Below are positions 53,452 to 64,000 of a stretch of 64,000 nt of DNA, in pieces. Below the pieces are notes generated by a model that made no database searches, was not told the DNA's origin, and saw only the letters and a list, made by a program, of their open reading frames with translations. Positions within the stretch are counted from its first letter, which is position 1. Each line of letters opens with the position of its first letter. This DNA comes from Diplonema japonicum. Lineage: Eukaryota; Protista; Euglenozoa: Diplonemea. Where the stretch lies: positions 186,001 through 250,000 of the forward strand of contig OZ025728.1 of NCBI GenBank assembly GCA_964019335.1. Reading direction: 5' to 3'. A program made the translations under genes and the position numbers.

Positions 53452-56400
53452 TCATACATTCACCTCCGCCACGCCCCCCCCGGTATCGGTAGCCATTGGT
53501 TCACCTCCCTGTACCTCCTCCTGAATAGGTGTGTGCTCATTTCTGATTGCAATGCATACATGACATGGTGCTGCGACCTTCACGATGTTGGTATCAGTGA
53601 GCCGCTTGTTCACGTACCACTCACCTGTGGACCCTGCTGGTCTGTAGCCGTACTGAGCATTGATGCTACGCTTCCAGCCCCAGTAGTACACGTTCCCGCC
53701 AACCAGGGCAACAAGGCTGTCTTCAACTAACTGAACTGTGTCTATAAAGTCTGCCTTCAGAAGAACTTTCGTCACATCACCTGTTTTCACCACGAGTGCC
53801 TGCTGCTGCTGCTGCTGTGGCCTCTCTACCCATGCCTCGTGTGAGCCCCTACGTACAACATCAGCTGCACGGGGCTTATTGGTGTCCTCGTACACCAGCT
53901 GATCGCAGGTCTGGGTTCTCGTGTCCAACAACTCAATCGTCTCATGGCCTAGATCTTCTTCTTTTTTTTGGCCGTCAGGACTCACTCCGAACACTTGGTT
54001 GCAGTCCCACTTCATCTCGGCGGGGGGGAGCTCTTTCGTAAGTTTTGGAGGTTTCGCGTCCACCAACTCAATCATCTCGGGGCCTAGATCTACTGTTCTC
54101 TTCCATTTTTCTCCTTCTTCTTTTTCCTTGCCCTCAGACCTCACCTTGAACACTTGTTGACGGAAGTCCCATTTGATCTCAGCCGAGTTCATGTCCACTG
54201 GTTCCTTAAGACGCCTCACAGTGTTCCTCGCCCTGCAGTACGTGACAACATCTATCTTGGTGTCCCCACACCGCACCAACATCCCCACCTTGCCGCTACT
54301 CGAGACAGCTATCTCACACACAGAGCCACCCAGGACTAATTCTCTCTTTGGGGGCTCCATTGCCACCAACAAGTCACCCTCAAGGTGGTAGTACGCATGT
54401 ACCGCAGAAGCGTAAACATTGAGAAGCTTCAACCTCTCTCCCTCCATTTCGTCAAAAAAGCTCGTTGTGCACAGACGCACTGCCTTGTCTTCCTTCAGTA
54501 TCCAGTTGCTGCCGTCTTTGTCCCCTCCCGGCACGAGCAGCATGTCGCCACACACCACATGTCGCAGTGGTCCTTCCTCGCTTGCGGGGATCGTGAAACG
54601 ATACTTTTCTTCAAGAACGATGTACGGTAAAGCTGCACTACGCACTTCACTGTACACAACGCATTCCCACGACAGTCGATCTGCACTCCTGTTCAAAGCA
54701 AAGTACCTGTCCACCCCAACTGGTGTGAGCCCCTCCACAACTGGTGCTAACTCCATGCCCTTCAAACTCGTCACCCTTTCATTATTCACCAACACACGTA
54801 TATTGTCAGCGCCAGTGTGAGTGCCAGTGTCCAGGCAGCAGAGCAGCCATTCACATAAAACTTCTTCCTTGTTGTGCTCGAAACTATGCTCTCCATCTTT
54901 TGGTACTTCCTCCCCTTCCTGAGCCCCTGTCGTATCCTTCACGCTCCCCCCTTCATCTCGATTCACACACCACACTTTACTGTCGTCTGCAATGAACATA
55001 AGCCTCATCTGCGAGCTCACCACCTTCACAGAAACCTCTTTCTCTTGTTGACACTCAGCGATCGCCACAGCTCCGTCCACTTCGTAAGCAACGACAAGAA
55101 CACAGTGTTCCCCCCTTTGCACTATCTTGCTCAGGATCTTCATTGTCTTCAGGTTCATAATCGTTCCCGGCAGTTGTACTTCCTTCCCACCGAACACCAC
55201 CTTGTCCGCATACACCTCTGCAATAATATCCTTGCCGTTGTCATCAGTGAAGGCCGCAAATGAAAGGAGGCCCTTCTTCAGGGAACCTTTGATGCTGTCC
55301 TTGTCGTTGTGCAGGTAGGTCCGAATGACGTTTGTTCCCTTCATCTCCACATCAGTAATGACTGTCCTGTCAAAGGTGCTGTCCTCAAGGTACGCCCCCG
55401 CTATTTGGATCCCTCTGAAGTCCATCCCAGCAAAGCTGTCGTTCGCAGCCGACAGGATCGTGATCGCCACGGCTGCAGGAGCACTGCACCACTGCAGCTT
55501 CGACAGCTCCACCAGCGAGAGCAGTGTGTCCCTGAACCAGATCAGTTGCTTCTTCTCAGAGTCCTTATCATACTTCTTCAAAACCTTTTTCGCCAAGTAG
55601 CGCCTCAGCACACCAGAGTAGTTCATCACATCTTCCATCAGCACGTCCCATGTTTCCTCCCTCGCGCACGCCGCCTTGCACGCCATCACCAGGTACTTGG
55701 AGGCCTCCTTCTTGGTGAGGTCAGGCTTTGCCTTTCTGACCTTCATCACCATCAGGTCTTTCTGCTTCCTGAAGTGTGCCCATCTGCACTCGTCCTGGTC
55801 GGCTGTGTCATGGTTGGGGTCGTAGGTGTGTGAAAAGACACTCACAAAGAACTTCGTACAGACACGGTTCAGAGGGAACCTCATCAGCTTGTCGTGGACA
55901 GCAATGGCGGTGAAGAGCTCCTGCAGCCACTTGGAGGTGAAGCTGTACACCCTCTCCTGGTTCTTACTGTTTTGGTCCACTGAGACTCTCACCGGAGAGG
56001 CCGCAAACAGGTCCCGCACCAGCTGCCGGTCCGGCTTGTCGACATCGTGCCCTGTGTGCTGTGCCCTCAGAAAGCCACGACACCTGTCCTCATAAGGTGC
56101 CTGCCTCGCGTGGTCCCGTGTCATGTCAAGTGCGAGGCGCGAGTTGTAGTCCACCAGAAGCTTCACGAGTTCCTTGTCGGTGATGGAAGGGTGCTTTGTA
56201 CTCAGTGACCTCAACGGCAGCAGGAGGTACTCCTCAAGGCAGGTCCTCAAGAAGGCCATGTTCATCTCTCTGTTTAAATGGTTGACAGACCGCGCATCCA
56301 GTTCATCTACCACATTCATGTGATAATACAGCTTATGAAGGAGAGCAAACTCCTTGTTGCTTTCAACCTCTTTCATAATATGCATCACCAGCCCACACAT

Positions 56401-59400
56401 CACATCCTCGTGTGTTGCCTCTTCTCTGCTTTCTGGTACCATCTTCTTCAACATTGTTTTCATCAGAAGCTTAGCTACGTCAGAACTGGGGTTGGTTGTG
56501 AGTATGGTTGAAAAAGGACGCTCTTCCCATTCTTCTTTTTTATTCTTGAAATCATACAACCCCCACTCCTCCTTGCAAATGGTACGAATGAAGGCACGAA
56601 GCATGCGGAGTGTCATGTGCTGTTCTTCATTCACTCTAATGAATTTAGAGAACTTTCCGTAATGAAGAGCGCACTTCAGCACTGCCCCGATGGAAGCCTC
56701 CTCTGTGCCGATCACTTTCACGATGTCCTTAGCCTCCATTTTCTTCATTCTGTACATTTCACAGGTTTCCATTGAATTTCCCTTAACGTGATCCACACAC
56801 ACACTCGAGTTGCGTCCGAACAGCTCGTCCGCAGTGTACTCCAGGATGGCTGTGTCTGCTTCCACCAAGATGATGGGGTCACCCCACTCACTCAGCCTGT
56901 TCTTCTCTCTCATGGAATCCAAAAGGAACTTCTTGTCGAGGAACGAGTACCCCACAAGTATCAGTGCCAGGCGAACATTCTGTGCCCTCGTCTTCTCCTG
57001 AAGCCGTTGCACATTCCTCTTCGTGAACCCATGCTGCTCCAGGGCCTCTTCCACAAGGCTTGTCGTCGGATTCTTCATCTTTGGCAGGAACACGTGAACA
57101 GGGAGAAGGCTTTTAGTACTTCCTGCGGTAAAGTAGGCGCCCCATAGCTCCTTCTCCACCAGTGACAGGAACTCCGCACCCCAATCCCCGTAACTGCCGT
57201 TGAACACAAAACTCTTCCCGGCAGGGCGGGCCTTCAAGTAGGTCGCAAATTCCGAGGGGCCGAAATTCTTAAGGTTTTCTTTTTTTTTAAGAAGCTTGTT
57301 GTCGCTATTTTCGGGGTCAACCTGCATGAATGAGTACCTCTCACACCCATGGAGGTCACTGCTGCAAGACATGCGAGCCTTATGAAGGAGGCTGATGTTG
57401 TCCTCCAGCTTCCTATGCAGCTGGAGGTAGGTGTGGATGTCACTCACCTCAATCTTCATGTCCTGCAGCTGCTTGTCGATCCCTGTCACCCTTTCGAAGA
57501 TGCTTGTCGTGAGCAGCAGGGTCGTCCCCGCTATCGCGTTCATCCCCTCAAGGTTCCTTGCGTACACCTTCACAGCCTTCTGCGCCGCTTCCAGCATCCC
57601 TTCAACATGCTGCACAGCTTCCTCATTGACAACCACCCTGCGTAGCTCCAGAAGCCTCTCCACCTCCCCAAGCAGCCCCTCCACATCCTTCTTGTATCGT
57701 TTCGCCTCTGTCTGTAGTGTCATCCTCAGGTAGTGCTGTGCCTTCTTGAACACCTGTCCTTGCTTCTCCAATTGCTCCCGCTCCCTGTCGCTTATCATTG
57801 TGTTCAGGACTTCGCTGTTCATCGTCTTCGACATCCTGTCGTCCAGCAGCACCTTGCTCTCCATCACTTCAAGGCAGGCAAGAACTGCCCTGTGCCGTAC
57901 CATCGTCCCCTCGTCCCTTCCAGAAAGAGCCGCCACTGCATCAGCCACTCCAGAGCCGATTTCCTTCAAGTTTTTCATCGTCTTTATGTCAAACATCTTC
58001 CCCAACTCTGTTATCACTTCATCTTTCAAGATCGTTTTGGCTTGTTCCTGAACACCACCCAGAAGCACAGTCGCTTCTTGAAGACACTTCATCAGCATAC
58101 TTGGCAGCTGGCGTTCGTATTTCAGAAGATCTATCAAGCACTGCACCATGCAGTCTTTCGCTTCCCAAGAGAACTGGATTCCCTTGTCTTCTCCCGACAC
58201 AGGAAACCTGTGGTACAGGGTACCCGTTTCGTGGATATGCTTCTCACCCCCCTCCTCCTTGTCTTGCTCAGGGGACACGACACGAGAGAACACCAGGAGC
58301 TCGGCAAGGGTCCCTGCCCACAGCTGTGCAGGAAGAACTTTCCAGTTCTTCTTGTTCTGTGGGCATAAAGCCGAGTGCACGAGGTTAACGAAGTCACGTA
58401 CTGCCTCCGTGGCATCATGAGGCCTCACCAGAAGCAGGTGCTTCAGGTGCTGAGATTGAGTGTTGAACGTTGCTGCGATCTGAAGTTCATCACTTGTGGA
58501 CAACGAGGTGTCCTTCATTCTGGAGGATAAGGACACAGCCCCATGCCAGGCGGCTGTCAATACCTTCAAATCGAACTGCATTGCCTTGATAGCTATGGCA
58601 CCACGTGCCACGGAAACAAAATCACCCCAAAAAGTAGTTTTTGAGAGAATGCCGCCCCCTTTGGTGATGACCTCGTGGTCCGCTGCTGATGCCGGGTGCA
58701 TGAACTCTTTGTTCTGTCCTTTGCAAAAACCTTCGAAGATGTTCCGGAATTCCGGCAGTTGATCCGAAGCAGTGCCGTCATTGTCGAAGGTTACGAGCTG
58801 CAACACCAAGGTGGCCACCACACGGTACAGGTGTATGTTGTTCAAGGTTACAAGGTGCTCAGTGTCGCCCGTCTCGCAAAGTGCGCTGTCCTCCAGCGAC
58901 TGCTGCAGCACCTTCAGCAGCTCGCAAACAACGGCCAGCATACGCTCTGCAGGCTCGTTGGTGTCCCGAACCTCAACCAGTGACCCGAGTTTTGTTTCGT
59001 TCAGCTTGAACCACTTCACAAAGGTTTGCAACTCCGCAAACCTCTCTTTCGCCGTTGTGCACTGTGCCACAGTTTTTGAGCTTTTTTCCAACTTCATGAG
59101 AAACGACATGATGTCCTCTGTGAAGTCGTGTGTTCCGTTAAGCATCCTTCCCACGAATGGGGCCGCTGCCGGGGGTCTTGGCCGTGACATTGCTTCAGCA
59201 AGCACAGATAAGCTGCCTTCATACCTCTCGACAATTGAATGCAATATGCCCAACTGGTCTGGGTGTTTCGTCACCTCACTCTGCAGGTGCTCATTGTCAG
59301 CCTTGAAACCGTTGTATCTTTCATTCAGCATGATGTTCAAATAGTACTTCGTGTGCTCGAAGGTCTCCATCAGCTCAACAAGTGACTGTGCCTCCCCGTA

Positions 59401-60633
59401 ACTCCTCACTGTGTCCAGAACTTCACAGGCAATCCTTCCTGACAGCTCACTGCCCAGAAGCCCGCTCTCGATCACTTCATAACTGGAAAAGACCGCCCTG
59501 TGCCGTACTACTTGAGCCTTCTCATCGCCAACAGTCTCCAGCAATGCACACACAGCCTTCCTCACGTCGTTGGCTGCTGTCTCCCCTTTCTTGAGAATCT
59601 CTGTCAGTGCACCAGGTGTCAGCCTTCCATGCCTCAGAAGATCCACCAAGCAGCCAACCACCACTTCCTTAACATTCACAGGAAACTGTATGGCCCCTTG
59701 TTCCCCGAGCATTGGAATCCTTTGATACAGAACACAGTTGTTGTGGAGAACAAGGCGACATTCTCCCTCTTTGTTGGTTGCCTTCGAGGACACGACACGA
59801 GAGAATGTCAACAGCTCAGAAAGAGTCCCCGCCCACAGCGACACAGGGTGAACCTTCCATTCAGCGGCGTTTTCCCCAAAGGGGCACACCACATCATGGA
59901 TCTCTTTGACCAGTCGTTGGAGACGTGCCGCATCTCGCTCGCTCCCCGCATGGCCGTGAGACATGAAGCCCGCCATAAGCAGGTACTTCAGACGCTGAAC
60001 AAGAACGCTGTGGGTTGCAGCACTGCGCTGTGCTTCCGCCACCCCAGTCCCAGTGAACAAGCCTTCAACAGAGGGCCGCGTTGTCATGAGAGCTGTCATG
60101 TCCTTCACCACAGAAGCAAGGTCGCCAAGGGGACTCTCCCCGAGGACGTCTCCACTGGTGATGATAGTCTCGTACGCCACCAACTCAGGGTGCTTCTCGT
60201 GCTGCTTCTCATCTTTCAGCATGTTAACGAGTGCCCGGAAGCCAACCAGCTGATCAGCAGGAATACAGCTCTTGTCGTGTATGACGAGCTGTCCCACCAA
60301 AGAGGCCACCACACGATACAGGTGTATGTTGTTCATGGTAATGTGCGTCGAGCCACCTCCTCTCAGTAGCAGCACCTTCAGCAGCTCACACACAGAGGCC
60401 AGTATTGCCTCCAGCAAGGGGGCCCACTGGTCGGGCTGTTGGTTCATGTCGAGCAGTGCCGAGAGCCTCACCTCGTTCAGTTTGAACCATTCAATGAATT
60501 CTCCTGTTTCTGCACCTCGCCTCATGCGCTTCGTCCAGTCACCCAGCTCCCTGAGGAAGGCTTGCACGTCATGTGTAGCGTCTACTGGTGGTTCTGGTGC
60601 CCTGACCCGCCTGAAGAACACGAGGTCCATCAT
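53452..60633 (-). CDS. 2393-aa paralogue of 21144-28382
   Basis: Highly similar along its whole length; duplication ~53340-60660 vs ~20950-28410. Confidence 0.7.
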   Translation of the reverse strand: MMDLVFFRRVRAPEPPVDATHDVQAFLRELGDWTKRMRRGAETGEFIEWFKLNEVRLSALLDMNQQPDQWAPLLEAILASVCELLKVLLLRGGGSTHITMNNIHLYRVVASLVGQLVIHDKSCIPADQLVGFRALVNMLKDEKQHEKHPELVAYETIITSGDVLGESPLGDLASVVKDMTALMTTRPSVEGLFTGTGVAEAQRSAATHSVLVQRLKYLLMAGFMSHGHAGSERDAARLQRLVKEIHDVVCPFGENAAEWKVHPVSLWAGTLSELLTFSRVVSSKATNKEGECRLVLHNNCVLYQRIPMLGEQGAIQFPVNVKEVVVGCLVDLLRHGRLTPGALTEILKKGETAANDVRKAVCALLETVGDEKAQVVRHRAVFSSYEVIESGLLGSELSGRIACEVLDTVRSYGEAQSLVELMETFEHTKYYLNIMLNERYNGFKADNEHLQSEVTKHPDQLGILHSIVERYEGSLSVLAEAMSRPRPPAAAPFVGRMLNGTHDFTEDIMSFLMKLEKSSKTVAQCTTAKERFAELQTFVKWFKLNETKLGSLVEVRDTNEPAERMLAVVCELLKVLQQSLEDSALCETGDTEHLVTLNNIHLYRVVATLVLQLVTFDNDGTASDQLPEFRNIFEGFCKGQNKEFMHPASAADHEVITKGGGILSKTTFWGDFVSVARGAIAIKAMQFDLKVLTAAWHGAVSLSSRMKDTSLSTSDELQIAATFNTQSQHLKHLLLVRPHDATEAVRDFVNLVHSALCPQNKKNWKVLPAQLWAGTLAELLVFSRVVSPEQDKEEGGEKHIHETGTLYHRFPVSGEDKGIQFSWEAKDCMVQCLIDLLKYERQLPSMLMKCLQEATVLLGGVQEQAKTILKDEVITELGKMFDIKTMKNLKEIGSGVADAVAALSGRDEGTMVRHRAVLACLEVMESKVLLDDRMSKTMNSEVLNTMISDREREQLEKQGQVFKKAQHYLRMTLQTEAKRYKKDVEGLLGEVERLLELRRVVVNEEAVQHVEGMLEAAQKAVKVYARNLEGMNAIAGTTLLLTTSIFERVTGIDKQLQDMKIEVSDIHTYLQLHRKLEDNISLLHKARMSCSSDLHGCERYSFMQVDPENSDNKLLKKKENLKNFGPSEFATYLKARPAGKSFVFNGSYGDWGAEFLSLVEKELWGAYFTAGSTKSLLPVHVFLPKMKNPTTSLVEEALEQHGFTKRNVQRLQEKTRAQNVRLALILVGYSFLDKKFLLDSMREKNRLSEWGDPIILVEADTAILEYTADELFGRNSSVCVDHVKGNSMETCEMYRMKKMEAKDIVKVIGTEEASIGAVLKCALHYGKFSKFIRVNEEQHMTLRMLRAFIRTICKEEWGLYDFKNKKEEWEERPFSTILTTNPSSDVAKLLMKTMLKKMVPESREEATHEDVMCGLVMHIMKEVESNKEFALLHKLYYHMNVVDELDARSVNHLNREMNMAFLRTCLEEYLLLPLRSLSTKHPSITDKELVKLLVDYNSRLALDMTRDHARQAPYEDRCRGFLRAQHTGHDVDKPDRQLVRDLFAASPVRVSVDQNSKNQERVYSFTSKWLQELFTAIAVHDKLMRFPLNRVCTKFFVSVFSHTYDPNHDTADQDECRWAHFRKQKDLMVMKVRKAKPDLTKKEASKYLVMACKAACAREETWDVLMEDVMNYSGVLRRYLAKKVLKKYDKDSEKKQLIWFRDTLLSLVELSKLQWCSAPAAVAITILSAANDSFAGMDFRGIQIAGAYLEDSTFDRTVITDVEMKGTNVIRTYLHNDKDSIKGSLKKGLLSFAAFTDDNGKDIIAEVYADKVVFGGKEVQLPGTIMNLKTMKILSKIVQRGEHCVLVVAYEVDGAVAIAECQQEKEVSVKVVSSQMRLMFIADDSKVWCVNRDEGGSVKDTTGAQEGEEVPKDGEHSFEHNKEEVLCEWLLCCLDTGTHTGADNIRVLVNNERVTSLKGMELAPVVEGLTPVGVDRYFALNRSADRLSWECVVYSEVRSAALPYIVLEEKYRFTIPASEEGPLRHVVCGDMLLVPGGDKDGSNWILKEDKAVRLCTTSFFDEMEGERLKLLNVYASAVHAYYHLEGDLLVAMEPPKRELVLGGSVCEIAVSSSGKVGMLVRCGDTKIDVVTYCRARNTVRRLKEPVDMNSAEIKWDFRQQVFKVRSEGKEKEEGEKWKRTVDLGPEMIELVDAKPPKLTKELPPAEMKWDCNQVFGVSPDGQKKEEDLGHETIELLDTRTQTCDQLVYEDTNKPRAADVVRRGSHEAWVERPQQQQQQALVVKTGDVTKVLLKADFIDTVQLVEDSLVALVGGNVYYWGWKRSINAQYGYRPAGSTGEWYVNKRLTDTNIVKVAAPCHVCIAIRNEHTPIQEEVQGGEPMATDTGGGVAEVNV

Positions 60634-60869
60634 CTTGTCCTGTGTGGTTGAAGGAGGGGAATAGGTGGTAATAGGTGGTGTTTATAAGATGAAACTCACT
60701 AAAGACGGTCACCGTTGGTCTTACAACATCAGAATCTGGCGTTCGGAAACTCTTGGTAAGCGTTTTTTTTCTTTCAATCGATTGTTATATGTACTAATAA
60801 AATATCGCGCGCTGAGCCCTTAGCTCATCAATCCGAGCCTACCACTAATCCACACCGACACTTACATGT

Positions 60870-60889
60870 ATCCTCGGAGCCAATCCTTT

Positions 60890-60935
<46 letters not shown>

Positions 60936-60987
60936 TTCTGTCGGCCAGAGGCTTTTAACCTAGGAGACCTATGCGGTTAACGGTACG
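60870..60987 (-). rRNA. LSU (28S) rRNA fragment, pseudogenic
   Basis: The + strand reads gagccaatccttttcccgaagttacggatctagtttgccgacttcccttacctacatt, the reverse complement of a conserved eukaryotic LSU segment. No other rDNA is nearby. Confidence 0.88.
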
Positions 60988-60989
60988 GC

Positions 60990-61325
60990 TCGATGCACGA
61001 GAAAGAGATCTCCCCTGTCTTTTCCTTGCACATCCATCCGCTTCGGTGCCTCTCTCCCCTTCATCCACTTGTTGTATTCTCGATTTTTATCGAGTCCTGC
61101 TCTTATCTCCGCCTTCGTCGTTTTCTGCAGGTAGTTCTTCGCCGCGTTCAGGCTTATCCTCTGCGTCGCTTCCTTATCCCTACCTTGCTCGGCGAGTTCA
61201 TCTGCCTTCTCGTTACCTTCTATTCCGCAGTGACGCGGGATGTAACAGCAGGTGATGCGGTTCTTATTCTTTAGAAGGACATGTATGCTGTGCCACACCT
61301 CGACCACCATGTCCTGCTGGTCCCT
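60990..61325 (-). mobile_element. Diverged RNase H LINE fragment
   Basis: YIPRHCGIEGNEKADELA motif. Confidence 0.8.
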
Positions 61326-62125
61326 GCTTCAATTTTCTGCAGGCATGCCATCGTTTAGGTATCCCCGGGACACGTCTGCGCCGCTGCTGCCGTTGCCATC
61401 TCCTGTGCCTGCTGCGCACTCATTTTCTTGTCGTTCGTGTCCCACCCAGCCTTTCCCCCCCCCTTTTTTTTAAAACAGAAAATGAGATGAGATTGAGAGG
61501 GAAAAAAGGGAGGAAAAACGGGAGTTTTTATCTTTTTATTTTGGCAGGGTGTTGAAAAAGATCAGTAACTTCTCGATAAAATAAGATTCCATTCCGTGTG
61601 CAGGGGAGGGGCGGAGGGGTGCTCATCTGTTAAAAATAAAGAAATAAAATATATATGAGTTAAAGGAGGCCGGTGTTGGCGGCGCCCTGTGTAATAAAAA
61701 AAAAAAAAAAAAGAGAGACATTTAAGGGTACCTGCGGTATGTGGCAGGACGCCTGAGTATAAAAAGAAATTCCCTTCTGAAGTGATTTCAAGTGCTTCTT
61801 CCACAGATGAGGGTGATGTGCGTTGGGGGACAAAATATCAACCGTATACCGGCCAAGAAATGGCCACGGATACAAACGGGCCAAAACCTCCGTTCCTTTA
61901 ATGGTTAAAATTTAACTTTTTGATAACTGAGCAAAGAAGCTTATTAAGAGAGAGAAAGACAACTATGTTTTAGCTGGTACAGGGGCAAGCTGAAGGAAAC
62001 AGTCCTTGTGAGACCGCCTTAAGAGGTAAAAGGGAAATCCCTGATTGGGACGTCCACACTTGGAAAGGACCCCTGCGGAGTCTAGAAAGGAAAAGAAGGA
62101 AACGAGAGCGGGCTTTCATCGTTTC

Positions 62126-62156
<31 letters not shown>

Positions 62157-62319
62157 TCCTAAACCACCCTCGGAATAGGTTCTTTTTTTTTTTTTTTTTT
62201 TAAAAACCTAGAACCCATATCAAACAATCTTTTTCATTTTCTTTCTTTTAAACTTTTAAACTAGGAAGATTAAAAATTTTAAAATAGAAAGAAAAATAAG
62301 AAAAAGAAACTAAAAAAAA

Positions 62320-64000
62320 AAAAACTCAAAGTGCAGGACAAACCCCCTCATGGAGGGCCGCCCTTGGGTGGGTTGGGGGGGTTATCTATTTATACTCCCC
62401 TTCTGGAGCATTGCTTTCGTTCCAATCGAGGCCCTGAGCGTCTTGCGGAGTCGTGTGATGCGGTCTCGCTTGTAAGCGGCTTTCAGTTCCATCAGCTTGT
62501 CGTGCGTGGAGTGGGTGGCGAAGATGGGCCTCCTGGCGAAACCCATAGCCGTCTTCCCACCTATTGCGATGAGGGACTTCACTCTCTTCTGTTCATCCGC
62601 TGGGAAGGGGCGTGGCTTCTTCCGTGCCCTGCATGCCGCGTTCAGCTTTCTTATCAGTGCTTTGATCTTGCGAGCCCTTTCTTCCTGCAGACCTCCCAAT
62701 AACTTGCCTGTCGTCCATTCGAAGTCGATGGCCAATTCCACCGCTGACACTTCAGAGCTGGTGTCCTCCTTCACCCATCCCGTAGCTGTGACAACCACTG
62801 CAGCAGCGGGTTCAAGAATTCTGCGACGATTCCTCCCACTCCTTCGAGCTCCCCCGCCGTTGGCACGAGGCATCTCCTTCCCTCCACATCGCGTACCCAC
62901 GGCAGCGGCTGTGTGCTAGCGTTGTCTATTTGCATGAGCTCCACATCCCGTTTCCCGACCACCACAGCCATGTATCGCTGCAGCTTCTCCAGGTGTGCGA
63001 AGACATGCCCCCTCGGCAGTATCGCGTGCAGCTCCAGACATAGGGGCCATCCTGATCTGTTGCGCAACGGCTCCATTCCGTCTAGTGCCAGTTCCTCTTG
63101 TGCACAGGCGCACTCATACAGCTGATGGCGGAGTAAGGTCACCGTGTCCGGGTGTGGAGACTTGCACAGGTCGCATCTGAATCCTTGCGTGTGCGATACC
63201 TCCGTCGTTGGTGCCTGGCCCATGTTCTCCTCGTCGTCACCGTTGTCGTCACCTTCAGGCGCCAGTGGGACGCTCTTTCGGTTCGCATTTGCGTGCGGGT
63301 TTAGGTAGGGAACCCCTCCTGCGATCACTCGTCTCAGGCTGTAGGACATGAGCGGGTCCTTGGCCGTCCTCCATAATCGGTTCGTCTTGGGGTCCGCCCC
63401 CGGCTCTATACCGCTTATCGTGCTCCTCTCGACCGCCAGCCTTCCTCACCACCTCTCTAAAGATGTGTCCGCGTTCGGCCCAAGATGTTGCAACCTAGTA
63501 GCTGCGCCCAACTCCATCCTATGGGAAGCCACCGGCAGACCAGGTTGCCAACCGGCCCCATCGGGATGGAACCCGCGTCATACCCCGCAGCGATCTGTAT
63601 GCATCTCTGCCGTAGCCGACTGTCATCGAGTGCTCCGGATACTACCTTCAGGGAGTGGTACATTGCGTAGGAAAGGGGGTCATTGGTGTGCCCCTTCAGC
63701 AGGACTGTGTTTACCGCGGTGGGCAACCGTCCACGGTGATGAGGGCCCCACAGGTTACAAGTGATCTTCGTCGTTAGCTTCTTGAGTGCCTCATCACATG
63801 GAGGGGAGAACGGCCCACTGTATAGGCAAGATGGCAGGACCGTCGTGCTGACCAAGTGTGCTTTGGTTTCGAAAGCAATCCTTGTGCCCCCCAGTCGGTC
63901 CAGCGAGCCAAGCGCCCCCGTGGTCGGTTTGTTCCACGTCGTTCCTGTCCTGCGTGTGTTGATCTTCACCCCCAGTCCGCAGAGGTCTGTCACCGTCTTG
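62320..64000 (-). mobile_element. LINE 3' region (post-RT, Zn knuckle), degenerate; related scrambled pieces at ~18700-19250
   Basis: VLPSCLYSG and CDLC..H...C motifs. Segments are shared with 18770-18930, 18945-18990 and 19020-19250. Confidence 0.65.

Overview
Eukaryotic, retroelement-saturated 64-kb window. Intronless host genes all lie on the - strand behind pyrimidine-rich AG acceptors, which suggests a trans-splicing protist such as a diplonemid/euglenozoan (inference). Host genes: two near-identical ubiquitin-like+ankyrin genes, a hotdog-fold thioesterase, a short UBL ORF, an ankyrin-repeat protein, and two ~2400-aa paralogues with NACHT/pentapeptide/WD40-like architecture but degenerate Walker motifs. 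The rest is RNase H-bearing LINE pieces, other LINE pieces, a 32-bp G-rich satellite, an LSU rRNA fragment and two families (called A and B here) of Penelope-like elements (PLEs) with N-terminal GIY-YIG, CxC linker and RT (Chlamys/Naiad-type order). The PLEs are the most interesting system. After the RT both families carry a Josephin-like Cys-His-Asp protease domain and IDLT SUMO-interacting motifs. Their pseudo-LTRs share a covarying, pseudoknot-capable RNA fold with no hammerhead core. Family A ends exactly in a YTAAC...CAG splice-acceptor-like sequence and inserts after GGTRR. One 17-bp target-site duplication brackets a 19-kb B-A-B chimera that looks like a single template-jumping integration. 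Domain calls come from motif recognition by eye; no searches were run.
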